Positions 56,720-64,000 of a stretch of 64,000 bases of DNA are shown piece by piece. Location: the IMG/VR virus record IMGVR_UViG_3300020421_000007, positions 1 to 64,000 of that record. One strand, written 5' to 3'. Position 1 is the first letter of the stretch; each line of letters starts with the position of its first letter. The DNA is from a virus. A program made the translations under genes and the position numbers. The notes below the pieces were generated by a model that was given only the letters and a program-made list of their open reading frames with translations, had not been told where the DNA came from and made no database searches.

Positions 56720-58037
56720 ACGTATAGTAATCTTCGGTGCGACTGGAGATCTATGTAAAAAGAAACTTATCCCAGCACTATACAAACTTTGGAAGAAAGA
56801 TCTTCTTCCAAGTGGACTCTTAATTGTTGGTGCTTCTCGCAGAGAACTTCCAAGAGAAGTTTGGTTGAGAGATCTTGGTGATTATCCAGAAGGATTTACT
56901 CACTGGTTAGATTTTGTTTCTGTAGATCTTGATTGTAAGGAGAGTTTAAACAAACTACACGATAAGAGTAAAGACACAACTTATTTTCTATCAGTCCCAC
57001 CAGAGAGGTATGAAAATGCAATCACCAATCTCAAAGAAGCTGGGTTCTTGGATGACCCAGATCACTCCAGAGTGGTTATCGAGAAACCCTTTGGGTACGA
57101 TTATAAATCTGCTGATCATTTACAGTCAGTGGTGGAGCGACATCTACGCGAAAAACAAGTCTATCGCATTGACCATTATCTCGGCAAAGATACTGTTAAT
57201 AACATCCTTGCCACCCGCTTTAGCAATATTATATTGGAACCACTTTGGAACAGGAATTACATAGAAGAGGTTCAGATCTTTGCTACCGAAACTATCGGGT
57301 GTGAGGGTCGTGCTCAATACTATGACACTGCTGGTCAGGTCCGTGACATGCTACAGAATCACATCCTACAAGTCCTAGCACTTATTGCTATGGAAGCACC
57401 TTGTCGAATGTCAGCAACTGAAATCAGAAGAGAGAAGACAAAAGTTCTAGCAGCAACTAGAATGTCAAAGAACGTAATCTTGGGGCAATATGAATCTTAC
57501 CGTACTGAAGAGGGTGTTGGTCCTGGGAGTGACACTCCTACCTATTTTGCTGGTTCTCTATTCGTCGATAACTGGCGTTGGGAGGGTGTACCTTTTAACG
57601 TAATGACTGGTAAGAAGACTCCTTATCAATGTGTGGAAGTTGTCATTAAATTAAAAGCACCTCCACTAAAATTATATGAAGACGAAATAAATGATCGTAT
57701 TTGTATGCGTCTACAACCCAATCCTCATCTTGATATTAGAATGGATATCAAAAGTCCTGGATTAAATGATGACTTAGAACGTGCCACACTTTCCCATGAC
57801 TACCCACAAGAACGAGCAATTGATGGATATGAGAAACTCCTTTATGATGCTATCACTAATGATCAGTCGCACTTTGTACATGCAGAAGAAGTCATGGAGT
57901 CGTGGAGGATTGTAGACGATCTCCTATGTACTGGTCCGTCTTGTACTGTACGTACAATGCCATATTTGTATCATGAAGGTACATGGGGACCATCACATAA
58001 AACACAATTTATCACAGATTGGGATTATCCAGCATGA
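56694..58037 (+). CDS. zwf: Glucose-6-phosphate dehydrogenase
   Basis: IFGATGDL, EKPFG, RIDHYLGK, RDMLQNH, RW.GVPF motifs; start reassigned to ATG 56694. Confidence 0.95.
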   Translation: MTETEQLTRRIVIFGATGDLCKKKLIPALYKLWKKDLLPSGLLIVGASRRELPREVWLRDLGDYPEGFTHWLDFVSVDLDCKESLNKLHDKSKDTTYFLSVPPERYENAITNLKEAGFLDDPDHSRVVIEKPFGYDYKSADHLQSVVERHLREKQVYRIDHYLGKDTVNNILATRFSNIILEPLWNRNYIEEVQIFATETIGCEGRAQYYDTAGQVRDMLQNHILQVLALIAMEAPCRMSATEIRREKTKVLAATRMSKNVILGQYESYRTEEGVGPGSDTPTYFAGSLFVDNWRWEGVPFNVMTGKKTPYQCVEVVIKLKAPPLKLYEDEINDRICMRLQPNPHLDIRMDIKSPGLNDDLERATLSHDYPQERAIDGYEKLLYDAITNDQSHFVHAEEVMESWRIVDDLLCTGPSCTVRTMPYLYHEGTWGPSHKTQFITDWDYPA

Positions 58038-58192
58038 GTCTAAACAGAAGGCATGGTCCACTAACTAGCGAGGAAGTGGAAGAACACAGGGAACTACGAA
58101 AAAAGTTATACGAACGTATTCGACAACTTCGTATGACTGAGTATATTGACGATGACGAAGAACCTGATGTATACATTGCGGAAGGAATATGA
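58034..58192 (+). CDS. Small hypothetical protein (52 aa)
   Basis: ATGA-coupled chain; MSLNRRHGPL...YIAEGI*. Confidence 0.6.
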   Translation: MSLNRRHGPLTSEEVEEHRELRKKLYERIRQLRMTEYIDDDEEPDVYIAEGI

Positions 58193-58350
58193 TCCTAGAA
58201 TTTGCTAGGTTTTGTGGAAGAACATTAAACAATCCATGGGCATGTGGTTTTATGGCATGGACTTTGGTGTTTGTTCCTATCTTAGGTATGTGGGCAGTTC
58301 ATAAATATGGATGGGAACACTGGGAACCTTTTACGAGGAAACACAAATGA
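58189..58350 (+). CDS. Small Trp-rich membrane protein (53 aa)
   Basis: MILEFARF...WTLVFVPILGMWAVHKYGWEHWEPF...; ATGA-coupled at both ends. Confidence 0.7.
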   Translation: MILEFARFCGRTLNNPWACGFMAWTLVFVPILGMWAVHKYGWEHWEPFTRKHK

Positions 58351-58556
58351 ATCCAGTAATTTTAATCGGTTGTTTCACACCACTGGTTTTAATTTTTATT
58401 GTAATGAAACTTGCTGTTTGGGTATCTGCTGTAAATTCTGAAACCGATTATGTCAGACGAGAACCTCTACGAAAACGAGGACCCTACGTGGAAAATCCAT
58501 ATGAGGATGTTGACGCAGAGGAAGAGGAGTATGGAGATCGCACAGATTATAGATGA
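58347..58556 (+). CDS. Small single-TM hypothetical protein
   Basis: GAGG RBS, ATG 58347 (MNPVILIG...). Confidence 0.7.
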   Translation: MNPVILIGCFTPLVLIFIVMKLAVWVSAVNSETDYVRREPLRKRGPYVENPYEDVDAEEEEYGDRTDYR

Positions 58557-58680
58557 TGCTCTCTATGAATATTATGTGGTAGAACGTGGTCAGGAAGTTC
58601 CTAATTGGAGATACATAAAAGACCAAGATTGGTGGATTGAATATTTAAAACAATTAGGAATTAACCCTAGAAACCCATGA
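58531..58680 (+). CDS. Small hypothetical protein
   Basis: GAGGAG RBS, ATG 58531 (MEIAQIIDDAL...). Confidence 0.65.
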   Translation: MEIAQIIDDALYEYYVVERGQEVPNWRYIKDQDWWIEYLKQLGINPRNP

Positions 58681-58883
58681 ATTTATTATTGCGTCCGTTA
58701 GAAAATAATAACGACCCTGTTTGGAGTGTGATCATTAGTATCATGCTGCTCCTAGCAGGGGTTTTTTATGTCGTCTACTATATACTTGGTATTGACGAGA
58801 GAGAATCCCATGGGAGCAATGACACCACCCAGTCGGAAGAGCTGCTACAACTTCAGAGTGACAGAGATCAACAGAGTCCTTGA
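58677..58883 (+). CDS. Small single-TM hypothetical protein
   Basis: Hydrophobic segment VWSVIISIMLLLAGVFYVVYYILGI; ATGA coupling. Confidence 0.65.
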   Translation: MNLLLRPLENNNDPVWSVIISIMLLLAGVFYVVYYILGIDERESHGSNDTTQSEELLQLQSDRDQQSP

Positions 58884-59268
58884 TGGAGATACGATTGATG
58901 TTACAATTGATCTTGGATTTGACCTCTACAAAAAAGAACGTGTTCGTATCGCTGGTGTTGACACTCCTGAGAAACGCACGAGAGACTTGGAAGAAAAGGC
59001 ACTTGGACTAGATGCTACCAACTGGATGAAAGAGAAACTAGAGGGAGCGATTGCAGGTGATGACGAACTCTCTATTAGAACTGAGTTGGTTGGTGGTATG
59101 GGTAAGTACGGTCGCCTTCTTGGTTGGTTATATATTGGAGACGCAGAAGTATCATTGAACGAGCAGATGATTACCGAAGGGTATGCTTGGGGATATGATG
59201 GTGGCACTAAACAAAAAGACTTTGAAGAACTTCGTGAAATTAGAAGAAAACATGGTACTCTTGTTTAA
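58810..59268 (+). CDS. Thermonuclease/SNase-family endonuclease
   Basis: V.DGDTID...RVR.AGVDTPE...KYGR.LG...N..MI..GYA motifs. Confidence 0.88.
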   Translation: MGAMTPPSRKSCYNFRVTEINRVLDGDTIDVTIDLGFDLYKKERVRIAGVDTPEKRTRDLEEKALGLDATNWMKEKLEGAIAGDDELSIRTELVGGMGKYGRLLGWLYIGDAEVSLNEQMITEGYAWGYDGGTKQKDFEELREIRRKHGTLV

Positions 59269-59274
59269 CAATCC

Positions 59275-59493
59275 ATGATGGATATACCACACGAAGATGA
59301 ATATGATTTTATCATGTACATCAAAATTGATGAAATACGTATGTTATATGATCACATATGTTATTCAATAAAAATGTGGCCTGGATCTCCCGCAAGACCA
59401 GTAGAAGAACAAGAGTATCTCATACAGCTTAAAAATAGGTTGTTTGCTATGATTGCTGATTACTCTTTTTCCCAACTTGACATAGATAATTAA
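59275..59493 (+). CDS. Hypothetical protein
   Basis: 72-aa ORF; WPG.PARP.EEQE motif. Confidence 0.75.
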   Translation: MMDIPHEDEYDFIMYIKIDEIRMLYDHICYSIKMWPGSPARPVEEQEYLIQLKNRLFAMIADYSFSQLDIDN

Positions 59494-59561
59494 TTCGTAT
59501 ACAATTGTTACATTATTTTTTCCTACATACGGTATAATGTGATTACCACGTATACAAATTC

Positions 59562-59855
59562 ATGGCTAACGAATTTTCCGATTTTAGTTTGAGTCGAGTG
59601 GAGTGTGAGAAATGTGGAGCAACTTGGATTAACGGACAGCATGTTTGGAGAGGAACAGGTGGATCATCTGATTCTTCTGAATTAGATCTTGCTGGTCTTG
59701 TTTGTAATAAGTACGGAGACTCTCAGTGTATCAACCCCAAGAAAGGTCAAGATGGTGGACAAACTTGGGAATATCGTGCTGGATATATTGACGGCATGAT
59801 CAAAGGTAAGAAAGATGCCATCAATGAAATGAATGATAGATTTGGAGATCTCTAA
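59562..59855 (+). CDS. Cys-containing hypothetical protein
   Basis: CEKCGATWING...DLAGLVCN....CINP. Confidence 0.8.
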   Translation: MANEFSDFSLSRVECEKCGATWINGQHVWRGTGGSSDSSELDLAGLVCNKYGDSQCINPKKGQDGGQTWEYRAGYIDGMIKGKKDAINEMNDRFGDL

Positions 59856-59882
59856 ATACTAGTGGTGAACTAGAATTTTGTT

Positions 59883-61532
59883 GTGTCTTCTAACGATATA
59901 TATTTGGGTAACCCGAACCTAAAGAAAGCGGGCACCCCAATACAGTTTTCAAAAAAACAAATTGACGAGTGGATCAAATGTAAAAATGATCCAATTTATT
60001 TTGCTATGAACTATATCAAAATCATCTCGCTAGATGAGGGTCTAGTTCCCTTTAGCATGTATGATTTTCAAAAAGAAATTCTAAACGACTTCCACAATAA
60101 TAGGTTTAACATTGCAAAACTTCCTAGACAGACTGGCAAATCGACCACTGTTGTTGCTTACCTGCTTTATTACGCTATCTTCTACGACAGTGTTAACATT
60201 GGTATTCTGGCTAACAAGGCATCTACCGCAAGGGAGTTACTCGGTCGTCTTCAACTAGCATATGAGAACTTGCCAAAATGGATGCAACATGGTATCCTTG
60301 TATGGAACAAAGGTAATGTTGAGTTAGAAAATGGCAGTAAGATATTGGCAGCTTCTACATCTGCAAGTGCTGTCCGAGGCATGTCGTTCAATATTCTCTT
60401 CCTCGACGAATTCGCCTTCGTTCCAAACCATGTTGCGGAGCAATTCTTTGCCTCTGTTTATCCTACTATTACTTCTGGTAAATCAACGAAGGTAATTATC
60501 ATCTCTACGCCTAACGGCATGAATCACTTCTACAAGATGTGGGAGGATGCTAGAAGAGGTAAGAATGATTATGTTACAAATGAGGTACATTGGTCTCAAG
60601 TACCTGGCAGAGATGCTAAATGGAAAGAGGAGACTATTAAGAACACGTCACCACGACAGTTCGCACAAGAATTTGAATGCGATTTCCTTGGTTCTGCTGA
60701 CACTTTGATTAGTCCAGCAAAACTACAAACTATACCATTTCACGATCCTATTAAGAGCAATGCTGGACTTGACATCTATGAGAGAGTTGAAAAGGATCAC
60801 GAATATATCATTACTGTTGATGTTGCCAGAGGAATTGGTGGCGACTATTCTGCTTTCCTCGTGTTTGATATCACCACTGTCCCGTATAAGATCGTTGCAA
60901 AGTACAGAAATAATGAGATTAAACCTGTACTGTTTCCCTCGGTAATCTTTCAGGTCTGTAAAGAATACAACAACCCATACGTACTAGTTGAGGTAAACGA
61001 CATTGGCGATTCTATTGCTGCTACTCTTAATTACGATCTTGAATATCCTAACGTACTTATGTGTGCGATGCGTGGTAGAGCTGGTCAAGTCGTGGGGCAA
61101 GGATTCTCAGGAACAAAAACCCAACTAGGTGTGAAGATGAGTGTAACCGTTAAGAAGATCGGTTGCTCCAATCTTAAAGCTATTATTGAAGAAGACAAAC
61201 TATTATTCAATGACTTTCAGATCTTCCAAGAGCTAACTACATTTGTACAGAAGAAACAAGCGTGGGAAGCAGACGAGGGATATCATGATGACCTCGTTAT
61301 GTGTATGGTATTGTTTGCGTGGTTAGTCATGCAAGAATACTTTAAGGAGATGACAGACCAGGACATTAGAAGGAGAATTTACGATGAGCAAAGAAATCAA
61401 ATTGAACAAGATATGGCTCCTTTTGGCTTTGTTGATGATGGTATGGGCGACGACACCTTTGTGGACGCAGATGGTAATCTGTGGGAGTATGGAGACAAGC
61501 AAGAAGAAGTCGGATACATGTGGAACTACTAA
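59883..61532 (+). CDS. gp17: Terminase large subunit gp17
   Basis: YLGNPNLK, PRQTGKST Walker A, LFLDEFAF Walker B, STPNG.NHF, HDDLVM; late promoter CTAAATA 59852-59858. Confidence 0.97.
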   Translation: MSSNDIYLGNPNLKKAGTPIQFSKKQIDEWIKCKNDPIYFAMNYIKIISLDEGLVPFSMYDFQKEILNDFHNNRFNIAKLPRQTGKSTTVVAYLLYYAIFYDSVNIGILANKASTARELLGRLQLAYENLPKWMQHGILVWNKGNVELENGSKILAASTSASAVRGMSFNILFLDEFAFVPNHVAEQFFASVYPTITSGKSTKVIIISTPNGMNHFYKMWEDARRGKNDYVTNEVHWSQVPGRDAKWKEETIKNTSPRQFAQEFECDFLGSADTLISPAKLQTIPFHDPIKSNAGLDIYERVEKDHEYIITVDVARGIGGDYSAFLVFDITTVPYKIVAKYRNNEIKPVLFPSVIFQVCKEYNNPYVLVEVNDIGDSIAATLNYDLEYPNVLMCAMRGRAGQVVGQGFSGTKTQLGVKMSVTVKKIGCSNLKAIIEEDKLLFNDFQIFQELTTFVQKKQAWEADEGYHDDLVMCMVLFAWLVMQEYFKEMTDQDIRRRIYDEQRNQIEQDMAPFGFVDDGMGDDTFVDADGNLWEYGDKQEEVGYMWNY

Positions 61533-61762
61533 TGGATATTGGGGATCAATTTTCTTTAGAACACTTACTTTTTAGGGAGAGGGTTTGTAGAACTTGTGGT
61601 CAAAAGAAAGATCTTATATCAGAATTTTATCTAACAAGAAAAAATAAAAAAGGACATCCATCAGCGTATGCTTATGAATGTAAAGACTGTACCGTCAAAA
61701 GAGTTATGGATACTAGAAAGAAAAGAGATCCATTTGTTGATTGGGGTTATCCAGACTGGTAG
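61532..61762 (+). CDS. Small CxxC...CxxC zinc-finger protein
   Basis: CRTC...EFY...ECKDC; TAATG-coupled to gp17. Confidence 0.7.
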   Translation: MDIGDQFSLEHLLFRERVCRTCGQKKDLISEFYLTRKNKKGHPSAYAYECKDCTVKRVMDTRKKRDPFVDWGYPDW

Positions 61763-61840
61763 TTCATGCATAGTTTCCCCGTTTGAAACATATAAAAATC
61801 TAAATACCTTTAGATAAATTTGATATCTAGAGGTAAAAAC

Positions 61841-63745
61841 ATGGCAAGTCAAGTCTCGCCTGGTGTTGTTATTAGAGAACGTGATTTTTCCAATGCTGTT
61901 GTCGTAGGAGCTACCGCTATTCGTGGCGCTTTCTCTTCTTCTTTCCGCAAAGGACCCGTAGGCAAAATTGTAAACATCGGTTCTGAAAGAGAACTCATCG
62001 ACACGTTCGGTACACCATCCGAGGCTAACGCTGGTGATTGGTTGGTTGCTTCCGAATTCCTCCGTTACGGCGGACAGTTGGGTGTAGTTCGTGCTGCTAC
62101 TGGTGTTTTAAACGCAACAGCATCTGGTTCAGGTGTTTTAATTGGAAGCAAAGAGTCATTCGATTCTGGTGTAACTTCCGAGAAGTTCGCTGCTAGAGAT
62201 GCTGGTGCTGACGGCAACAACCTTAGTGTTGTTATCGTAGACCGTGGTGCTGATTTTGTAATCAGCAAAACTGGTCACGGTTTAGCAGTTGGTGGCACAT
62301 ATACTGATGACGCTTCTGTAACACACGAAGTTGTTAAAGTAACTGACGCAAACACCTTTGAAATTATTCAAGGTTCTGCTACACCTACTCCCGCTTCTGG
62401 CGACACCGCTACTGCTTGGGATTACAATTCACAAGCAATCGCTTCAACTGGTTTAACTTACAAAGCAATCGCTCCCCGCCCTGGCACTAGTGCTTATGCT
62501 TCCGAGCGTTTCCTTTCCTATGACGAAGTACACGTTGCTGTAATTGACACCGCAACAAATACAATCGTCGAGAGAATGACATATCTCTCTAAACTTTCCG
62601 ATGCTAAAACACCTGAAGGTGCTTCGGCATATTGGAAAGATTATGTCAATGAGTATTCAGGTTTCATTTATGCTGGTGTTGGTCTCAGTTCTGCTGAAGT
62701 AACAACTACTGGTGAAGATCCTGGTGCTACAGCAGCATCTTATGGTGCTACTTCTGGTTCACCATTAGAACTCGCAAGAATTCTACCTACCGCAGGTGGT
62801 GCTCTATCGGGTGGTACTGATGACTATGCATATACTGCTGGTGAAATTCAAGCAGGATATGATCTATTCTTAGACACTGAAGAAACCACCGTAGATTTCG
62901 TTCTCATGGGTGGTGACGCTGCTAACGAAAACGATACTATTGCTAAAGCACAAGCAGTTGCTGCTATTGCTAATAGCAGAAAAGATTGTGTTGCTTTCAT
63001 CTCCCCCTGGTCTGGAGCACAAGTCGCAACCTCTGGTGGCGCTGCTCTAACTCCAGCGCAACAACTAGCAAACACTATGTCCTTCTTTAACAATATTGGA
63101 TCTTCTTCCTATGTTGTTTTAGACAGTGGTATTAAGTACACCTATGATCGCTTTAACGATAAGTATCGTTATGTTGGTTGTAACGGTGACGTTGCTGGTC
63201 TTTGTGTTTCAACTTCTTCTACTCTCGATGACTGGTTCTCACCCGCTGGTTTAAATCGTGGTGGTCTACAGAATGTTGTAAAATTAGCGTTCAATCCTAA
63301 CAAGGCACAACGCGATGATCTCTATACAAATAGAATCAACCCAATCGTTTCTATGCCTGGCAGTGGTCCTGTTCTCTTTGGAGACAAGACAGGTCTTTCT
63401 TCGCCTAGCGCATTTGACAGAATTAACGTTCGCCGTCTCTTCCTTAATGTTGAGAAGAGAGCAAGAGGACTTGCTGAGGGCGTACTCTTTGAGCAAAATG
63501 ACAGCGTAACTCGTGGAGGTTTTGCTGCTTCTATGTCCTCTTACCTCTCTGAGGTTCAGGCACGTAGAGGTGTTGTTGACTTCCTAGTTGTTTGTGATGA
63601 TACTAACAACACTCCTGAAGTTATCGACAGGAATGAGTTTGTTGCTGAACTGTACCTCAAGCCCACACGCTCCATCAACTTCGTAACAGTTACTGTTACT
63701 GCTACTAGATCTGGCGTTTCGTTCACTGAAGTCATCGGTAGATGA
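61841..63745 (+). CDS. gp18: Tail sheath protein gp18
   Basis: SPGV..RE.D, W.SPAG..RG, GDKT...FDRINVRRLF, KP.RSINF; late promoter CTAAATA 61800-61806. Confidence 0.97.
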   Translation: MASQVSPGVVIRERDFSNAVVVGATAIRGAFSSSFRKGPVGKIVNIGSERELIDTFGTPSEANAGDWLVASEFLRYGGQLGVVRAATGVLNATASGSGVLIGSKESFDSGVTSEKFAARDAGADGNNLSVVIVDRGADFVISKTGHGLAVGGTYTDDASVTHEVVKVTDANTFEIIQGSATPTPASGDTATAWDYNSQAIASTGLTYKAIAPRPGTSAYASERFLSYDEVHVAVIDTATNTIVERMTYLSKLSDAKTPEGASAYWKDYVNEYSGFIYAGVGLSSAEVTTTGEDPGATAASYGATSGSPLELARILPTAGGALSGGTDDYAYTAGEIQAGYDLFLDTEETTVDFVLMGGDAANENDTIAKAQAVAAIANSRKDCVAFISPWSGAQVATSGGAALTPAQQLANTMSFFNNIGSSSYVVLDSGIKYTYDRFNDKYRYVGCNGDVAGLCVSTSSTLDDWFSPAGLNRGGLQNVVKLAFNPNKAQRDDLYTNRINPIVSMPGSGPVLFGDKTGLSSPSAFDRINVRRLFLNVEKRARGLAEGVLFEQNDSVTRGGFAASMSSYLSEVQARRGVVDFLVVCDDTNNTPEVIDRNEFVAELYLKPTRSINFVTVTVTATRSGVSFTEVIGR

Positions 63746-63783
63746 TAATTAGTTATAGAGAAAAAATTACGAGGTAAACAACA

Positions 63784-64000
63784 ATGGCACTGTCAAACGT
63801 TTCAAATTTCTTACAGACTATCGGACAGGGCGTCAAGCCCAATATGTTCCTGGTAGATGTTCAATTCCCAGATGCTCTAGCAAAGCAGGGTGAGGATCTA
63901 AATCTTACAAATATTCTTTGTAAGTCTGCTGCACTCCCAGGTTCTAACTTGGGTGTCATCGAAGTTCCTTTCCGTGGTAGAACTGTCAAGATCGCTGGTG
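63784..64000 (+). CDS. gp19: Tail tube protein gp19 (partial, runs off the window)
   Basis: GAGG RBS; G.KPN.F.V...LCKSAALPGS..G.IEVPFRGR.VKIAG. Confidence 0.92.
   Translation, partial: MALSNVSNFLQTIGQGVKPNMFLVDVQFPDALAKQGEDLNLTNILCKSAALPGSNLGVIEVPFRGRTVKIAG

Noticed and set aside
59883-61762. Intein/intron in the terminase, or a homing endonuclease after it
   Set aside because: gp17 is uninterrupted and of ordinary length (549 aa); the downstream 76-aa Zn-finger ORF has no visible nuclease motif
168-63496. Numerous minus-strand ORFs and short alternative-frame + strand ORFs in the track
   Set aside because: They are shadows of long, motif-bearing + strand genes and show no recognisable motifs or independent expression signals
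1-64000. tRNA or rRNA genes
   Set aside because: Intergenic gaps are short and no cloverleaf or T-loop (GTTCRA) context was recognised; a tRNAscan run would confirm

Overview
This window is a segment of a T4-like marine cyanomyovirus genome (Synechococcus/Prochlorococcus-infecting, Kyanoviridae-like), with essentially all real genes on the + strand. From left to right: (1) ~1-2175, the tail of an early region of small genes, each preceded by a conserved inverted repeat plus a -10 box; (2) an A/T-tract junction at ~2200-2310; (3) a late structural block of PAAR, gp25, gp6, a giant gp7 (3438 aa), gp8, a 2704-aa VrlC/DUF4815-like protein and several large fibre/spike proteins; (4) an accessory island of fibre, helper proteins, a U32-like Fe-S/methyltransferase fusion, 2OG-Fe(II) oxygenases and a QueG-like protein; (5) gp13-gp16; (6) an auxiliary metabolic island with petE, PTOX, gnd, an ndhP missed by the ORF track, and zwf; (7) gp17, gp18 and the start of gp19. 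The most striking observation is four phycobiliprotein-like (globin-fold) domains embedded in gp7 and in the 2879-aa fibre/spike. Three of the four retain the K-C-x-R-D bilin-attachment motif, which suggests the virion could be chromophorylated and light-responsive. All homology calls come from manual motif recognition; no database searches were run.
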